In this document: piece by piece, positions 1-11,700 of the stretch
How positions within the stretch are numbered: position 1 is the stretch's first letter
Layout: each line of letters starts with the position of its first letter
DNA from: Thermoplasmatota archaeon
Lineage (GTDB): Archaea > Thermoplasmatota > Penumbrarchaeia > Penumbrarchaeales > Penumbrarchaeaceae
Length of the DNA stretch: 64,000 nucleotides
Reading direction: 5' to 3'
NCBI GenBank assembly: GCA_965234725.1
Contig: CBDDUX010000029.1
Span: 1,752-65,751, forward strand
The notes under the pieces: generated by a model
Databases searched by the model: none
What the model was told of the DNA's origin: nothing
The model's input: the letters and a program-made list of their open reading frames with translations, nothing else
Program-made: the position numbers and the translations under genes

Positions 1-367
1 GATCGATGTGAGCTACATCATTTTCTCTATTGTTCTCATAAAACCAATTGACACCAACGACAACAAATCCATATGATGCAAGATCACTGACAAGATTTGT
101 ATAAGGAACAACACCACTTCCCCCAGCACCTGGCGAGAATATTATAACCGGGAAGGGTGCATCCCTATCTCTGCTTTGTTTCTCTATCAATCGATTGTAT
201 CCGGGATAGTATATCACAAGATCTATGGTATGGCCTGAACTCATTTCAATATCAGATTTTTCAACGAATACTGGATACTCACCCGTCTCAGAGTAAGTTA
301 TAATATCTTCATTTTCAAAAGATTGAGCAGTAGGAACAAATAATGAAATTAGTAGGAATGACGTCAT
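1..367 (-). CDS. Secreted alpha/beta-hydrolase-like protein (dienelactone hydrolase / PAF-acetylhydrolase / lipase-like); N-terminal fragment, continues beyond the left edge
   Basis: Not in the ORF track because no stop lies in the window. My own translation from the ATG at 367-365 gives MTSFLLISLFVPTAQS (signal-like)...DAPFPVIIFSPGAGGSGVVPYTNLVSDLASYGFVVVGVNW. This is the strand/loop pattern typical upstream of the nucleophile elbow in this hydrolase class. Confidence 0.45.
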   Translation of the reverse strand, partial: MTSFLLISLFVPTAQSFENEDIITYSETGEYPVFVEKSDIEMSSGHTIDLVIYYPGYNRLIEKQSRDRDAPFPVIIFSPGAGGSGVVPYTNLVSDLASYGFVVVGVNWFYENNRENDVAHID

Positions 368-661
368 TAATACGCAAAATAATAATCGAGAATAGACATT
401 TGATGCGATTCTGTCAAAGTTGCCAGCAAACGTAGTTACCCCTCTCTGTCTTATTTTTCTATACTCTTTATGATCGTCCTTCACATTAATACTTTTTAAT
501 CATCGAGTAAATAAAGAGACCATTTAACTTCATATGACTTTGCCATTCTCATACGATGAAAAATGACTCTTTCGTCTACATCCAGAAGCATCTTCTCATC
601 ATTTAGATTTTGCCTTCGTTAAGGATTCTCCATAACGGTCCTTTTACCCATTCAAAGGGGG

Positions 662-3600
662 TTATTCTTCTAGATCTCCAACAAAGGGAGAATCCATGCT
701 GTTTTCAAGCTCCTTATACCGGCCCTTCCTGGCTAATGTCACGATCAATAGCAGACCTAATATGATAAGAAGGATGATCAGAATTAACGAATAAGGAACC
801 TCTTCCTCACCTTCCTTCTCTTCAGCCCCATCATCATCATCCGTATCGTCATCAACAGGTCCGTCATCGTCATCATCATCGATGGGACCTGGACCGGGAT
901 CATGACCCGGGATGCTGTAGAGGGTGATGTTTCCAAGATCAAGGGTCTCATCGGGTAGGATGGTGAATGTTGTCTCATATGAATGATAACCATCCTTGGA
1001 TATCAACAGATGCCATTCTCCCATGCTAAGTGGATCAACAAAGGAGCTGAAGTATTGGTAGATGTTCTCCGATCCATCCGTCCGGTTAAGATAGATGTGG
1101 GCATTGATCCTGAAACCGGTCTCATTGTTAAGGAGGAATGTTTTTAAGAGTCCTTTATCCGTGACCGTGAAGTTAAACTCATTCTCTTCCAACGAATTCC
1201 CGGCAAGGTCCGATCCAGTAAATGAAATGAAATATGTTCTGCCTGGATCCATTGGTCCATCATGGACCAGGAAAACGGAATTGTTCTCCCAGATCAGGTT
1301 GAATCCTTCCTCCTCCAGACTGAATTCAATGGATGTCCTGTTTACCAATTCGGTGAATTCGAATCCGATCGATCCAAAAAGACCAAGGTCCTCATTCTCT
1401 GTGATCATCTTCACTTCGGGTCTCAATGTGTCTATTGTGAAATTCAAATAATCTTCATATGTGTTATCGAAGGTGTCATAGGTCTTGATGAAAACAGATA
1501 CTGTCCTGTCCCTGTCATTTTCGATCCATATAGTCCTGTTTTCGGCATCCAGGTCAAAATCCAGACTTCTGTAGGATGTGCCACCTCGATATTCCTTGAC
1601 TTTTACCGTCATTCGTTGGAAGTCGGACCAGTTCCCAAATTCGATCCATCCCACTTCCACTTCCCTGGTATTTACCAAGCTGTCTATAGCGGGACCTGTG
1701 AATTCAAATATACAGGGAGTAAGATCCACTGTGAAATTGGAGGTCCTGGTGGTGAGACGGCCCGCATTATCAACGGCCAGTACGGTAATGGTATGGGGTC
1801 CGCTTTCAATGTTCTCGAACCTCCAGGAATTGCTTTTATTCTGTTCGGCGGGATCGAGATAGTCACCCCCATCCAGTTTCACTCTGGTAATTGCAATACC
1901 GCTTCCTTCATCCTTGACATACCAATTTGCATTGAAATATTTCCCACCTACGATCGAGCCTTCTTCTGGATAGATGTTTGTAATATTGGGAGGTGCTGTA
2001 TCGATGTAGAAAACCACAGAGAGATCATATTCCTGAGAATGATCTGGTCCTGGAACAATGAATGTTAAAGTGTACCTTCCTTCGGATAGGTTCGTTATAA
2101 GCAGGGGTGATTCGTTCACATCAAGATTATACCAGTTCTCGATCGAGTGGTAACCTTTCTTCAACCTAAGATCGATATCAATATCATAAGGAGCCGATTT
2201 CTCAACGATCCAGGAAACGGTGATCTGTGTATTGGTGTGTATCTTATCATCGACCGGACTAATTACCGAAATAAACCCTGGGTCACCGTCAGGGATGATC
2301 GACCATGTTTTGGTGGGTGGACTTTCGATCTCTCCCTTGAAGGCAACAAGATAGTAGCTGTAAGATATATTGTGGATCAAGCCACGGTCCTCATAACTGT
2401 CGGTATACCAATGAGTTCTCTCATAAGGATCCAGTTCTATTATCGGCTCCATATCCACGGTGTCATTACCCCTGTATATTCTGTATCCATCTATCAGATC
2501 GAAGATGGACGACATTCTCGGCTTCCAGGTGAGGTATGCACTCCCCTTCTCAAAGGACCATACTTGGAAATCGTCTGGAGGCAGAATGGTATCTATGGAA
2601 ACGAGAGGATATTTGTCACTTGACATGGGAGTACCGTTCTCGGCATAGACGATGTAGGGGACATCGATTATTCCATTCCCATCGTTATCGGGTCCTGTCA
2701 GATCGGACCACTGATTGCCGATCCTGACCCCGTTATCATACCATACACCACCATATTTCTCATTCACATAGGTCCTGTTATCGATAACCTGGCTTTGACC
2801 TCCTGGATTGTTGTCCTCGAAATAATTCTTAACGACATAAGAATCAGCCTGCATGAATATTGCTGGACCATTGTTTTCAATGAAATGATTCAAAGTAATT
2901 GCCGATCCACCTATGTCCAATAATCCGATATTATTGCCTCTGAACTCATTATCGATCACATAGAAGATCGAATAACCGCTGTATATTTCCAGTCCTATCT
3001 CATTGTTTTTGAATATTGTATATTGAACGGTCGGATCTCTGCGCTGTCCGGTTCCCGAATAGACATCCTCATGCTGGCTTGATGTGATACCGATTGTATT
3101 TCCTTCGAATCTGCAACCGGATATGTTCATATGAGTATACCTGAACTTCATTCCCATTGCGGAGCCCGAAACACTGACATTTTCTATCTGCATGAAATCA
3201 CAATGTTCTGCATACACCCCTCTCTTGACCCCGGAGATCTCTATATTCTTGAGCAGGATATCATTGCAGTACATTATCTTCATCGCATCGACTGGAATCG
3301 ACATCGATATATCATGGATCGATCCCGATACATTGAAGAGGAAAAACTGGGAGTAATCTCCTGTAACATCGATATCCCTTTTGTGCTGATCTATGAAAAC
3401 AGGAATGCCATTTACGGTATTGTTGGATGGTATCAAGATTATCTGTTTTGATTTTGAAGGATCACCATGGTATTGATAACCTCTTACCCAGTTGACATCA
3501 AAACCACAGTTCACAAGTGTGTTATCGTAAAGCAGCTGTCCGCTCTCGGCTATGTATATGCCAGCTTCACTGCACCCTTCGATATAATTCTCCCTGAGCA

Positions 3601-6598
3601 CATTTCCGTATGCAGTTCCATATCGGACCTCGATACCGATCCCTGAAAATGAGAAATCGTTGTTTCTGATCCTATTGGTACCACCTCTGATCAACACAAT
3701 CCCTGCCAGATCATTGGATCGGCAGTCGTTGTCTTCAATGATCGAGCCGGATTGATAATAGAGATTGATACCGTTTCCATGATTTTCAACTATCTCATTA
3801 TCGGTTACGATTGATTGCTGTCCGTTGAGGTAGAGACCGTCCTCTTCATTTCCTGCTATTCTGTTGTTCTTGACAACCGTGTATTCTCCCCCTAGATAGA
3901 CACCTGTATGGAAGCCTTCAACCCTGTTTCCGGAGATCTCACCTTCAATGATCTGGTCAAGATACATACCGTTCTGAACATTTCTTTCGAAAGGATCGGG
4001 TCCTTCCAAAACGTATCTTCTTCCTATAATTGTGTTATTTTGCATGCTCAATGATTTTGCAAGAAAGATCTTCACTGGACGCGAGCAGTTGGTGAATCTG
4101 TTGTTTGAAATGTTAATGTTGTTAAAATTGTAACCATAATGAATGTTAATACCGTTGTTGAATTCCTCTACACTACATGATTCAAAGGTGATATTCTCAT
4201 CGTCATAGAACGAATAGAGCAGTGTAATACCATTATTAAAAGAACTGTTTTCAATGAATATATCCTTTGAATCGAAGGACCTTATTGGCCTCTTGCATCC
4301 GTTCATCGAAATATTTGATATTTTGATGTTTCTCGAATTCATGAGGGAAAGATAGTGTCCCCTTTCGTCAACAACCTGATTGGAAATTCTAGCGTTTGTT
4401 GCATTGATAAAAATGATCTGGCCTTTCCCGCTTGCATTGATCTCTAATCCGTGGAGGTCTGTGTCCTGAATGAGCATTATTGGGTCCCCGTTCAGGGTAT
4501 TGTTCATTGGAATATCGAATAGCTGATATCCGTTCAATATGCCATCGAATTGAATTCCAGATCCCTTGAAGGAATTGTTGTAGAGAGTGAGATATATGGA
4601 GGAAAGGATTTTGAAGATCCTGTTTTCAGTTATATCGAATGTGTTGTTTATCATCTCAGAATCCCTGACGTTCATCGTGATGTTGCCGTTTGTCAGAAAG
4701 GTGCAGTTTTCCATCCGGAAATATCCTCCGGTTATGATGGTGTCCTGATATCTGTTATTCTCAATTGATGAATCCTGGATCTTCAGGTTGTCGCAGTAGG
4801 TTGATGAAATGGGCCAGTTCATCGTGTCGTTGATCCTGCAGTTACTAATGGTCACATTTTCGGAATATGTGAGTAGAAATCCCCAGTCATCGGATCCTTC
4901 TATATCGAAATTCTCGAATCCGATATTGGATGACTGATGCACCACAGGTCCCTTGAAAGCATTTTCATGAGTTATGTTCCTGAAGATTACATTTGACGCG
5001 TTGAACAGGAGATACTGCGAATAATCATCTTCTATTACAGCTCCACCCATGTCAGTGTCCAGTATCGATAGGATCGGTTTTCCGTTTAGCGTGTTATTTG
5101 ATGATATCTCAACATTAACTCTGTTGTTCAGGTTGTAGTTGATGTTAATCCCTGTACCAGTCATGGTGTTTCCATATATCCTGTCCCGGTGTAATTGACC
5201 TATCGTGATAGAACTTGAGCTGCAGTTAGCGAAAATGTTGTTCCTGATAACATTTTTGACATCGTCCCGGTTTTGCATCAAATAGATGCCTGTGAGGGCA
5301 CTGTCGATCAGATTATCAGATATCACATTCCCGGTTGACCCACTGTATATATGAATTCCAGTTGAGATATTGTACAGTTTGTTTCTTTCGATTCTCGATC
5401 TCTCCGTTGCAGAAAGATAGATTCCGACATTGGACCCCCCGTATGGATAATTGGAGAAGATCTTATTATCCGATGCAAGGCAGTCGATTGATTTTGACAG
5501 GGTTATTCTGTACATGAAGTTATTCAAGATCGATGCATTTGAACATTCTGACAAAGCAACGTTACTGTAGTAATCTGTCTGATCCCGACTGTTGTTGAAA
5601 ATCTCAATATCCCCACATCGGAAAAAATTGAAATATATCTGATCATTATCATGAACCGTTATGTTGTATGAATCCTGGACTGTTGAATAAGATGAACTTG
5701 ATAAATTTACAAATTCCAGATTCCTGCAATCATGGAAGTTTGTGTTGTATTTGAGAAAACACGAATCGAAGGTTATATTCTCTGATCTCCTTGCTATGAT
5801 AAGCTGTGTGCTGAAATCATTTATGAAGATCTCCGAACAATCTGTAAGGTAAACAGAGGCATAGTCCTTTGTGGTTTCAACCAATTTTATCTCGCTTGAG
5901 TTTGAGATGCTTATGCTGTAATAGCTGGGTTTTCTGATGGTAAGATTTCTTGTGAGATCTATAATAATGCCGTCTCTCGATGTGCAGTTGCATAGTAAGA
6001 TATCTTCAACATCACTGACTGTGAAATCAGAATGATCATCATCATATCTGAGGTCTGAATAGAAATCCGATATCTCAAGCGATCCGGATCTCAAGGCTTC
6101 GAAACTGGGACCGTATCTCGATTCGATTTCTATTTTCCTTAGTTCGACGTTTTTACAATCTGCGATTCGTATCTTCGTCGTATTGATCTCGAAATAATTT
6201 CTCTCTTCGATCGTGATATTCTCGAAGATGAGATGAGAAGTTGTATTCGATAAGTGAATGAAGGGTATGATGTAGTGATCGGTTACTCCGGCTTCCAAGT
6301 CCTTGATCAGATAAGGATCAGATTCCGTCCCACTGCCTGTGAAATTCCATTCCTCTATGAATCCATTCAGCTCCGAATCTGATCTTATGGTAATGTTTGT
6401 GAAAGTATGGTCCTCTTCCTGATCCTCAGCTCTCGATGGGATTTTATCAAGATCACCAATCATATCCAATGGTTCGTTATCTCCCCCGGTCTCCCCTTCA
6501 GCTTGAAAGATCCAAATAGATGATGAAACAAGTAAGATGACTATCAAACAATTGATTGTTCTTCCCAAGAACTCTCCTCCTATCGATTCGTATAACAC
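662..6598 (-). CDS. Giant (1978 aa) C-terminally anchored surface protein: signal/anchor, long right-handed parallel beta-helix (PbH1/NosD-like) region, FN3, several Ig-like modules, CarboxypepD_reg-like domain, poly-Asp stalk, TM
   Basis: ORF track. N-terminal hydrophobic segment INCLIVILLVSSSIWIF. Hundreds of residues of ~22-aa beta-helix coils (e.g. GNRVEGFHTGVYLGGEYTVVKNNRIAGNEEDGLYLNGQQSIVTDNEIVENHGNGINLY). DNDGNGIIDVPY cap motif. FN3-like YLTWKP...YRIYRG...YYLVAF. Stalk IDDDDDDGPVDDDTDDDDG. TM LILIILLIILGLLLIVTLARKGR. Very many N-x-S/T sequons. Confidence 0.85.
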   Translation of the reverse strand: MLYESIGGEFLGRTINCLIVILLVSSSIWIFQAEGETGGDNEPLDMIGDLDKIPSRAEDQEEDHTFTNITIRSDSELNGFIEEWNFTGSGTESDPYLIKDLEAGVTDHYIIPFIHLSNTTSHLIFENITIEERNYFEINTTKIRIADCKNVELRKIEIESRYGPSFEALRSGSLEISDFYSDLRYDDDHSDFTVSDVEDILLCNCTSRDGIIIDLTRNLTIRKPSYYSISISNSSEIKLVETTKDYASVYLTDCSEIFINDFSTQLIIARRSENITFDSCFLKYNTNFHDCRNLEFVNLSSSSYSTVQDSYNITVHDNDQIYFNFFRCGDIEIFNNSRDQTDYYSNVALSECSNASILNNFMYRITLSKSIDCLASDNKIFSNYPYGGSNVGIYLSATERSRIERNKLYNISTGIHIYSGSTGNVISDNLIDSALTGIYLMQNRDDVKNVIRNNIFANCSSSSITIGQLHRDRIYGNTMTGTGININYNLNNRVNVEISSNNTLNGKPILSILDTDMGGAVIEDDYSQYLLFNASNVIFRNITHENAFKGPVVHQSSNIGFENFDIEGSDDWGFLLTYSENVTISNCRINDTMNWPISSTYCDNLKIQDSSIENNRYQDTIITGGYFRMENCTFLTNGNITMNVRDSEMINNTFDITENRIFKILSSIYLTLYNNSFKGSGIQFDGILNGYQLFDIPMNNTLNGDPIMLIQDTDLHGLEINASGKGQIIFINATNARISNQVVDERGHYLSLMNSRNIKISNISMNGCKRPIRSFDSKDIFIENSSFNNGITLLYSFYDDENITFESCSVEEFNNGINIHYGYNFNNINISNNRFTNCSRPVKIFLAKSLSMQNNTIIGRRYVLEGPDPFERNVQNGMYLDQIIEGEISGNRVEGFHTGVYLGGEYTVVKNNRIAGNEEDGLYLNGQQSIVTDNEIVENHGNGINLYYQSGSIIEDNDCRSNDLAGIVLIRGGTNRIRNNDFSFSGIGIEVRYGTAYGNVLRENYIEGCSEAGIYIAESGQLLYDNTLVNCGFDVNWVRGYQYHGDPSKSKQIILIPSNNTVNGIPVFIDQHKRDIDVTGDYSQFFLFNVSGSIHDISMSIPVDAMKIMYCNDILLKNIEISGVKRGVYAEHCDFMQIENVSVSGSAMGMKFRYTHMNISGCRFEGNTIGITSSQHEDVYSGTGQRRDPTVQYTIFKNNEIGLEIYSGYSIFYVIDNEFRGNNIGLLDIGGSAITLNHFIENNGPAIFMQADSYVVKNYFEDNNPGGQSQVIDNRTYVNEKYGGVWYDNGVRIGNQWSDLTGPDNDGNGIIDVPYIVYAENGTPMSSDKYPLVSIDTILPPDDFQVWSFEKGSAYLTWKPRMSSIFDLIDGYRIYRGNDTVDMEPIIELDPYERTHWYTDSYEDRGLIHNISYSYYLVAFKGEIESPPTKTWSIIPDGDPGFISVISPVDDKIHTNTQITVSWIVEKSAPYDIDIDLRLKKGYHSIENWYNLDVNESPLLITNLSEGRYTLTFIVPGPDHSQEYDLSVVFYIDTAPPNITNIYPEEGSIVGGKYFNANWYVKDEGSGIAITRVKLDGGDYLDPAEQNKSNSWRFENIESGPHTITVLAVDNAGRLTTRTSNFTVDLTPCIFEFTGPAIDSLVNTREVEVGWIEFGNWSDFQRMTVKVKEYRGGTSYRSLDFDLDAENRTIWIENDRDRTVSVFIKTYDTFDNTYEDYLNFTIDTLRPEVKMITENEDLGLFGSIGFEFTELVNRTSIEFSLEEEGFNLIWENNSVFLVHDGPMDPGRTYFISFTGSDLAGNSLEENEFNFTVTDKGLLKTFLLNNETGFRINAHIYLNRTDGSENIYQYFSSFVDPLSMGEWHLLISKDGYHSYETTFTILPDETLDLGNITLYSIPGHDPGPGPIDDDDDDGPVDDDTDDDDGAEEKEGEEEVPYSLILIILLIILGLLLIVTLARKGRYKELENSMDSPFVGDLEE

Positions 6599-6701
6599 CT
6601 CAATAACTTAGGGTTTTTGGTGGGTCATGGAATAAATACAATGATCCGAATGGATTGTACTCCTGCAATCTCTTTATTAAACACCATACCATTCCCCGAC
6701 C

Positions 6702-8780
6702 ATGGAAGAAAATTCCTGCAATGTTCCAGATCTTGAGAGGTTCTTCAGACCCCGCAACGTAGCTGTCATAGGAGCATCGGACAATCATAAGAAAATTGGA
6801 TTCAAGACTTTCAACAATCTTGTGAATGGTGGATTCAAGGGAGGTATGTTCCCTATTAATCGTGAGGGGGAAGATGTCTGCGGACAGAAGGGATTCAAGA
6901 CCATTGGAGATGTACCCGTAGAGATCGATCTGGCCCTCATCTGCATTCCAGCAAAGTTCGTCAATCAGGAACTCATCGAATGCGGGAAAAAGGGAGTCCC
7001 ATTCGTTGTCATCATCTCATCCGGGTTCAAGGAGATAGGAAACTACGATCTGGAAGAGGAGATCAAAAGGACCGCAAAGGAACAGAACATCAGGATACTG
7101 GGACCCAACGTATTCGGAATGATCTACACGCCAGTGAACCTGAACGCTCAGTTCGGTAACGATATGGTCCTGAAGGGGAATGTTGCCATCATCACTCAAT
7201 CAGGATCCCTGGGCATCGCCCTTATGGACCGGGTCTTTCAGGAGGGGATCGGTGTTTCCGCCCTTACATCCGTGGGGAACAAGGCGGACCTCTCTGACGA
7301 GGAGATCCTTGATTTCCTATGCAGTGATGAGAATACCAAGATCATTCTGATGTATATTGAAGGTCTGAAGGACGGAAGGGAGTTCATAAAGAAGGTCAAG
7401 AAGGTCTCAAGGATCAAACCAGTGATAATCCTGAAATCAGGAAGATCAAAGGCAGGGGCCAAGGCAGTTGCATCCCACACAGCTTCACTTGCAGGAGCGG
7501 ATTCACTTTTCGATGCCGCATTCAGACAGGCCGGTGCAATAAGAGCACCCACTCTCAGGGAGGCAATAGACTGGACAAGGGCTTTGAACGATCTTCCACT
7601 TCCAGATGCGGAAGAATGCCTTGTGGTAACGAACGGCGGGGGTTTCGGTATTCTCGCCATTGATGAATTGGGATTGTCAGGGGTCCCATTGTTCTACAAT
7701 ATTGAATGGATAGCAGAGAAACTCGGCCCACTTCTTCCACCATTTGCATCACTTTCGAATCCGGTGGATATCACCGCCCAGACACCACCGGAAAACTATA
7801 TCCAATGTCTGAAGGAAGCAATGAACGAACCAACCATAGGTTCGGTCATTGGTATCTATGGTGCTGTTTCAGGGATCGATGTGGAAAAGTTCACAAAGGA
7901 CCTCATTGAGGCCATGAAGGAACCAAAGAAACCCCTTGTTCTGTGCTACATCGGTGGCAGGGATGCGGATGTCCAGATCAGGGCCTTCAACGAGGCAGGA
8001 CTTCCCGCCTTCTATTTCCCAGAGGAATCCGTTTCATCGCTGGAGGTCCTATACCGATACAAGAAGTTCAAGAACTCAAGGGAACTGGACCTTCCACCCA
8101 TGGAGAAATGGGACCTGAAAGCAATTAAAAAACTTATTGACAGGACCAGAAAGGCTGGTCACCATTTCATGGACCTGGAAACCTCACTGGAATTCCTCAA
8201 GTCAGGACCCATAGAGATGTGTGAATATTCGGTGGTGGATTCCATTGACGGAGCCGTGAAGGCAGCGAGGAAGATCGGGTTCCCGGTGGTCTTGAAGGGT
8301 TCTTCCCCTGACCTCATCCACAAGACCGAAAGGGGTGGTGTTATAATTGATATCGACAACATAGAGGAACTGGTGGAGGCTTATGAGAAGCTGGAACCAA
8401 TATCAGAGAAGATAATCGTCATGGACCAGTTGACAGGAAGGGAAGTCATTGCCAGCTCCATCAGGGACAGGGTGTTCGGACCTGCGGTGATGTTCGGTGT
8501 TGGTGGGGTCATGGTGGAGGCCATGAACGATGTCTCGTTCAGGGTTGCTCCCATCTCTGAGATGGATGCCAGGGAGATGATGGACGAGATAAGGGGCAAA
8601 GCTCTGCTCGGGGCATTCAGAGGAAAGAAGGAAGCCGATAGGTCCAAGATCGCAAGAACGTTGAAGGCCCTTGGGGATGTGATGTTACAAATTGACGAGA
8701 TCACAGATATCGAGATCAATCCACTTTTCATATCTGAGAAAGGAGCCGTTGCAGTTGACTGCAGAGTAAGGATCGAGTAG
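6702..8780 (+). CDS. acd: Acetyl-CoA synthetase (ADP-forming), fused alpha-beta form (acetate--CoA ligase family; CoA-binding + succinyl-CoA-synthetase-like + ATP-grasp)
   Basis: 692 aa. N-terminus FFRPRNVAVIGASDNHKKIGFKTFNNLVNGGFKGGMFPINREGEDVCGQKGFKTIGDVP...DLALICIPAKFV...VVIISSGFKEIG is the canonical CoA-binding signature of archaeal ADP-forming ACS. C-terminal ATP-grasp-like part (GFPVVLKG...HKTERGGV). Confidence 0.9.
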   Translation: MEENSCNVPDLERFFRPRNVAVIGASDNHKKIGFKTFNNLVNGGFKGGMFPINREGEDVCGQKGFKTIGDVPVEIDLALICIPAKFVNQELIECGKKGVPFVVIISSGFKEIGNYDLEEEIKRTAKEQNIRILGPNVFGMIYTPVNLNAQFGNDMVLKGNVAIITQSGSLGIALMDRVFQEGIGVSALTSVGNKADLSDEEILDFLCSDENTKIILMYIEGLKDGREFIKKVKKVSRIKPVIILKSGRSKAGAKAVASHTASLAGADSLFDAAFRQAGAIRAPTLREAIDWTRALNDLPLPDAEECLVVTNGGGFGILAIDELGLSGVPLFYNIEWIAEKLGPLLPPFASLSNPVDITAQTPPENYIQCLKEAMNEPTIGSVIGIYGAVSGIDVEKFTKDLIEAMKEPKKPLVLCYIGGRDADVQIRAFNEAGLPAFYFPEESVSSLEVLYRYKKFKNSRELDLPPMEKWDLKAIKKLIDRTRKAGHHFMDLETSLEFLKSGPIEMCEYSVVDSIDGAVKAARKIGFPVVLKGSSPDLIHKTERGGVIIDIDNIEELVEAYEKLEPISEKIIVMDQLTGREVIASSIRDRVFGPAVMFGVGGVMVEAMNDVSFRVAPISEMDAREMMDEIRGKALLGAFRGKKEADRSKIARTLKALGDVMLQIDEITDIEINPLFISEKGAVAVDCRVRIE

Positions 8781-8782
8781 GA
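8738..8782 (+). repeat. Left copy of a 45-bp imperfect direct repeat (last 13 codons + stop of ACS); partner at 12671..12715
   Basis: Base-by-base alignment gives 40/45 identical. The 5 mismatches (8747, 8750, 8753, 8765, 8768) are all third codon positions and all synonymous. Confidence 0.9.
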
Positions 8783-8794
8783 TTGATCAGGACT

Positions 8795-11700
8795 CTATTT
8801 AAAAATAGCCGGATCGAATCTCGGCTCACTTTCGGTCCTGGATCCGCTCTTCTTTTTTCTTGCCACCAGTATACCCGCAACCAAGGAGGAAATGATTAGA
8901 ACTATGATGACCGAGATCAGAATGATCCAGGTCCATTCCAGGTATCCATCGGATTTCCCATCCTTTGATTCATCTTCCCTCACGATCAGGCTTGTAACAT
9001 CGGAGAATGCTCCTTCACCGATCTTATTGACGGCAGCGATATGGGAATAATAGGTTCCAGGACCAAGTTCCATAACACCAGAGTACTCCGTTGTATTGAT
9101 AGTTGATAGCAGATCGGCTGTTTTCTTGTCCCTACCCAAATATATATTAAAACCTGTAAGGGGAGATCCGCCGTTATCCTCTGGTAGTTCCCATGTCATA
9201 TACAGGCTTCCGTTTTCATATGATATTCGAACTTCTCTTACAGAAGATGGCACAGTTACGGGAGTTGCACTCGGTTTGGAACCGATCACACCTTTTCCCA
9301 ATTCATTCACTGCAATGACGGTATACCAGTAGGTGATGCCATTGTTCACATCGTTGTCCATGAAGGACTCGGTTCCATTGATGGTTGCAAGGTATTCCAT
9401 CATGTCAGGGGACCTACCCCTGAATATCTCATATCCGGTAACCTGATAACCACCATCCGAAACAGGAGGCATCCATTCAAGGTCCACCTGTCCGTTACCT
9501 GAGGATATCGAAAGATTTCTCACGGGTCCGGGAAATGTTCCGGGAGTGATGCAAATTTCCGAAGACCTCGGTCCGTCTCCCTTCAAGTTAAAGGCGTTGA
9601 TACAGTAAAAATACCTAATTCCGTTGGTAACATCTGGATCAGTGTAGTTCATTGAACCGGTTAACGTAGCGATCAGCTCCATCTCTTCCGAATTCGAGCT
9701 TCTGAAGATATTGTATCCATTCACCTTGAAGCCCCCATTATCGATAGGAGAAGACCAGGATAGGTTCACTTGACCATCTCCAAAATTTAGAATGAGGTTC
9801 GCAGGCCCCTCTGGGACTGTCCCAGGAGTTGAATGGCCTACATCGGAAAATCCGCTTCTCCCTTTTTTATTGACTGCAACGATCTTGTAATGATAGGTCA
9901 CACCGTTTTCGACCTCGCCGTCGACATATACATTATCATTGACCTTCTGTACTAGAAGACTTATATTCCCCTCATCCAAACCACGATGTATGTTATACCC
10001 CGATATAGTGAAACCTCCATCGTCCAGAGGGGGTAGCCAGGACAAGGTCACCTGTTCATCACCAGACGCACATTCGAAATCTATGGGAACTCTCGCCATG
10101 GTTCCGGGAACTGCGGAAATCTGACCACTCGAAGACCCTATCCCAACTTTATTAACTGCGAAGACCTCAAAATAATATCTAATTCCATTTTCCAGATCGG
10201 TGTCATTGAAGAAGTTTTCGTTAACTGACGCAATTTGATCAAGATCGGATGGATGAGTCCCACTGTAGACCAGATATTCCAACGGAGAGGTACCGCCATC
10301 TTCCAAGGGATCCTTCCAGGTAATATTGATGAATTTGTCACCTTCCTTCTTTTCAAGATCCCTGGGTGGGGTGGGCCTGGAGATCACCTCAATCCCTGCG
10401 CAGTAAACATCATACTCACCTCCATTATAGGATCTATCGAAAGCTCCATCTGTTGTTGGAAAATCCGTCGATGTTGTAAAACCCGCAATATTCACATAAC
10501 CCCGACCCTGATATCCTATATCCTGTCCATGGTCCTGACCTTTTCCTCCCAGATAGCGGGAGAATAGAATTGAAGTTCCGTTCCCGTTTATCCTGGAAAT
10601 GAATGCATCCGATAGTCCATTTAGGATATGGTCCGTATCCCTGGTGGTCGGAAAATCGCTGGACCCTGTTGTGCCTATTAGGTACGTATAACCTAAGGGA
10701 TCAATATCCAGGCCGTATCCTGCCTCCCATCCTTTTCCCCCGATGAATGTTGAATACACCAGTCCATCCCCGGAGACATTCATCTTTACCAGATAGGCGT
10801 CCATTCCTCCTCCATTGTAGAATTCATCATAAGCGCCAGAGGTCGTTGGAAAATCATTTGATCCGGTACCACCGATAAGATATGCGTAACAATCTCCATC
10901 CACAACAAGGCTCTGGGCATATTCCATACCTCCACCTCCCAAATATGTGGAATACTCGATGGTATCACCGGATAGCGAGAACTTCATGAGAAAAGCATCC
11001 CTCTCACCACCATTGAATGAATCATCGAATGCACCTGACGTGGTAGGAAGATCACTCGATCCCGTTTCGCCGAAAACATAAGCATTATAATTCTCATCAA
11101 CGTAGATCGCCATACTGGAATCCCATCCCTTACCCCCCAGAAAGGTCGAAAATACCAATGATCCTCCGCTGGGATCGAACTTAGTCAGGAAGGAATCGAA
11201 TTCACCGCCGTTGTATGTATCATCGAGCGATCCAGCTGTCGTTGGAAAATCCAGGGAGTTCGTCATACCGGTCATATATGCACAACCATTGCCATCCACC
11301 TTGATCCGGTATCCTCCATCGTAATCATTCCCTCCTAAGTAGGTCGAAAAATGAATCTCATTCCCTTTCCTTCCCAGCTTTAAAACGAAAGCATCGTTAT
11401 CATCCGTCGAATGGGATGTATTGTAAGCACCCGGTGTGACCGGAAAATCCACAGAATCCGTGAACCCTGTCACATAAGCACAGCCATCGTCATCAATATC
11501 GATTGCAGCACCCTTGTCGTTTCCAAGACCTCCGATGAAGGTTGAATAGTCCAGGCTTTCTCCGGAGCTGTTCAGTTTCGTAATATAGACATCATAATCA
11601 CCACCGTTGTAGTCTGGATACAATGAATCCTGGTTTGTCGGGAAATCCACTGATTCGGTGAATCTGGCAATATAGATACATCCTTCATCGTCAAGCGCAC

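Noticed and set aside
1262-2068. 268-aa plus-strand ORF, together with other plus-strand ORFs between 1095 and 5517
   Set aside because: They are entirely antisense to the 1978-aa surface gene and have no motifs. Long open antisense frames are expected opposite repeat-rich genes with biased codons.
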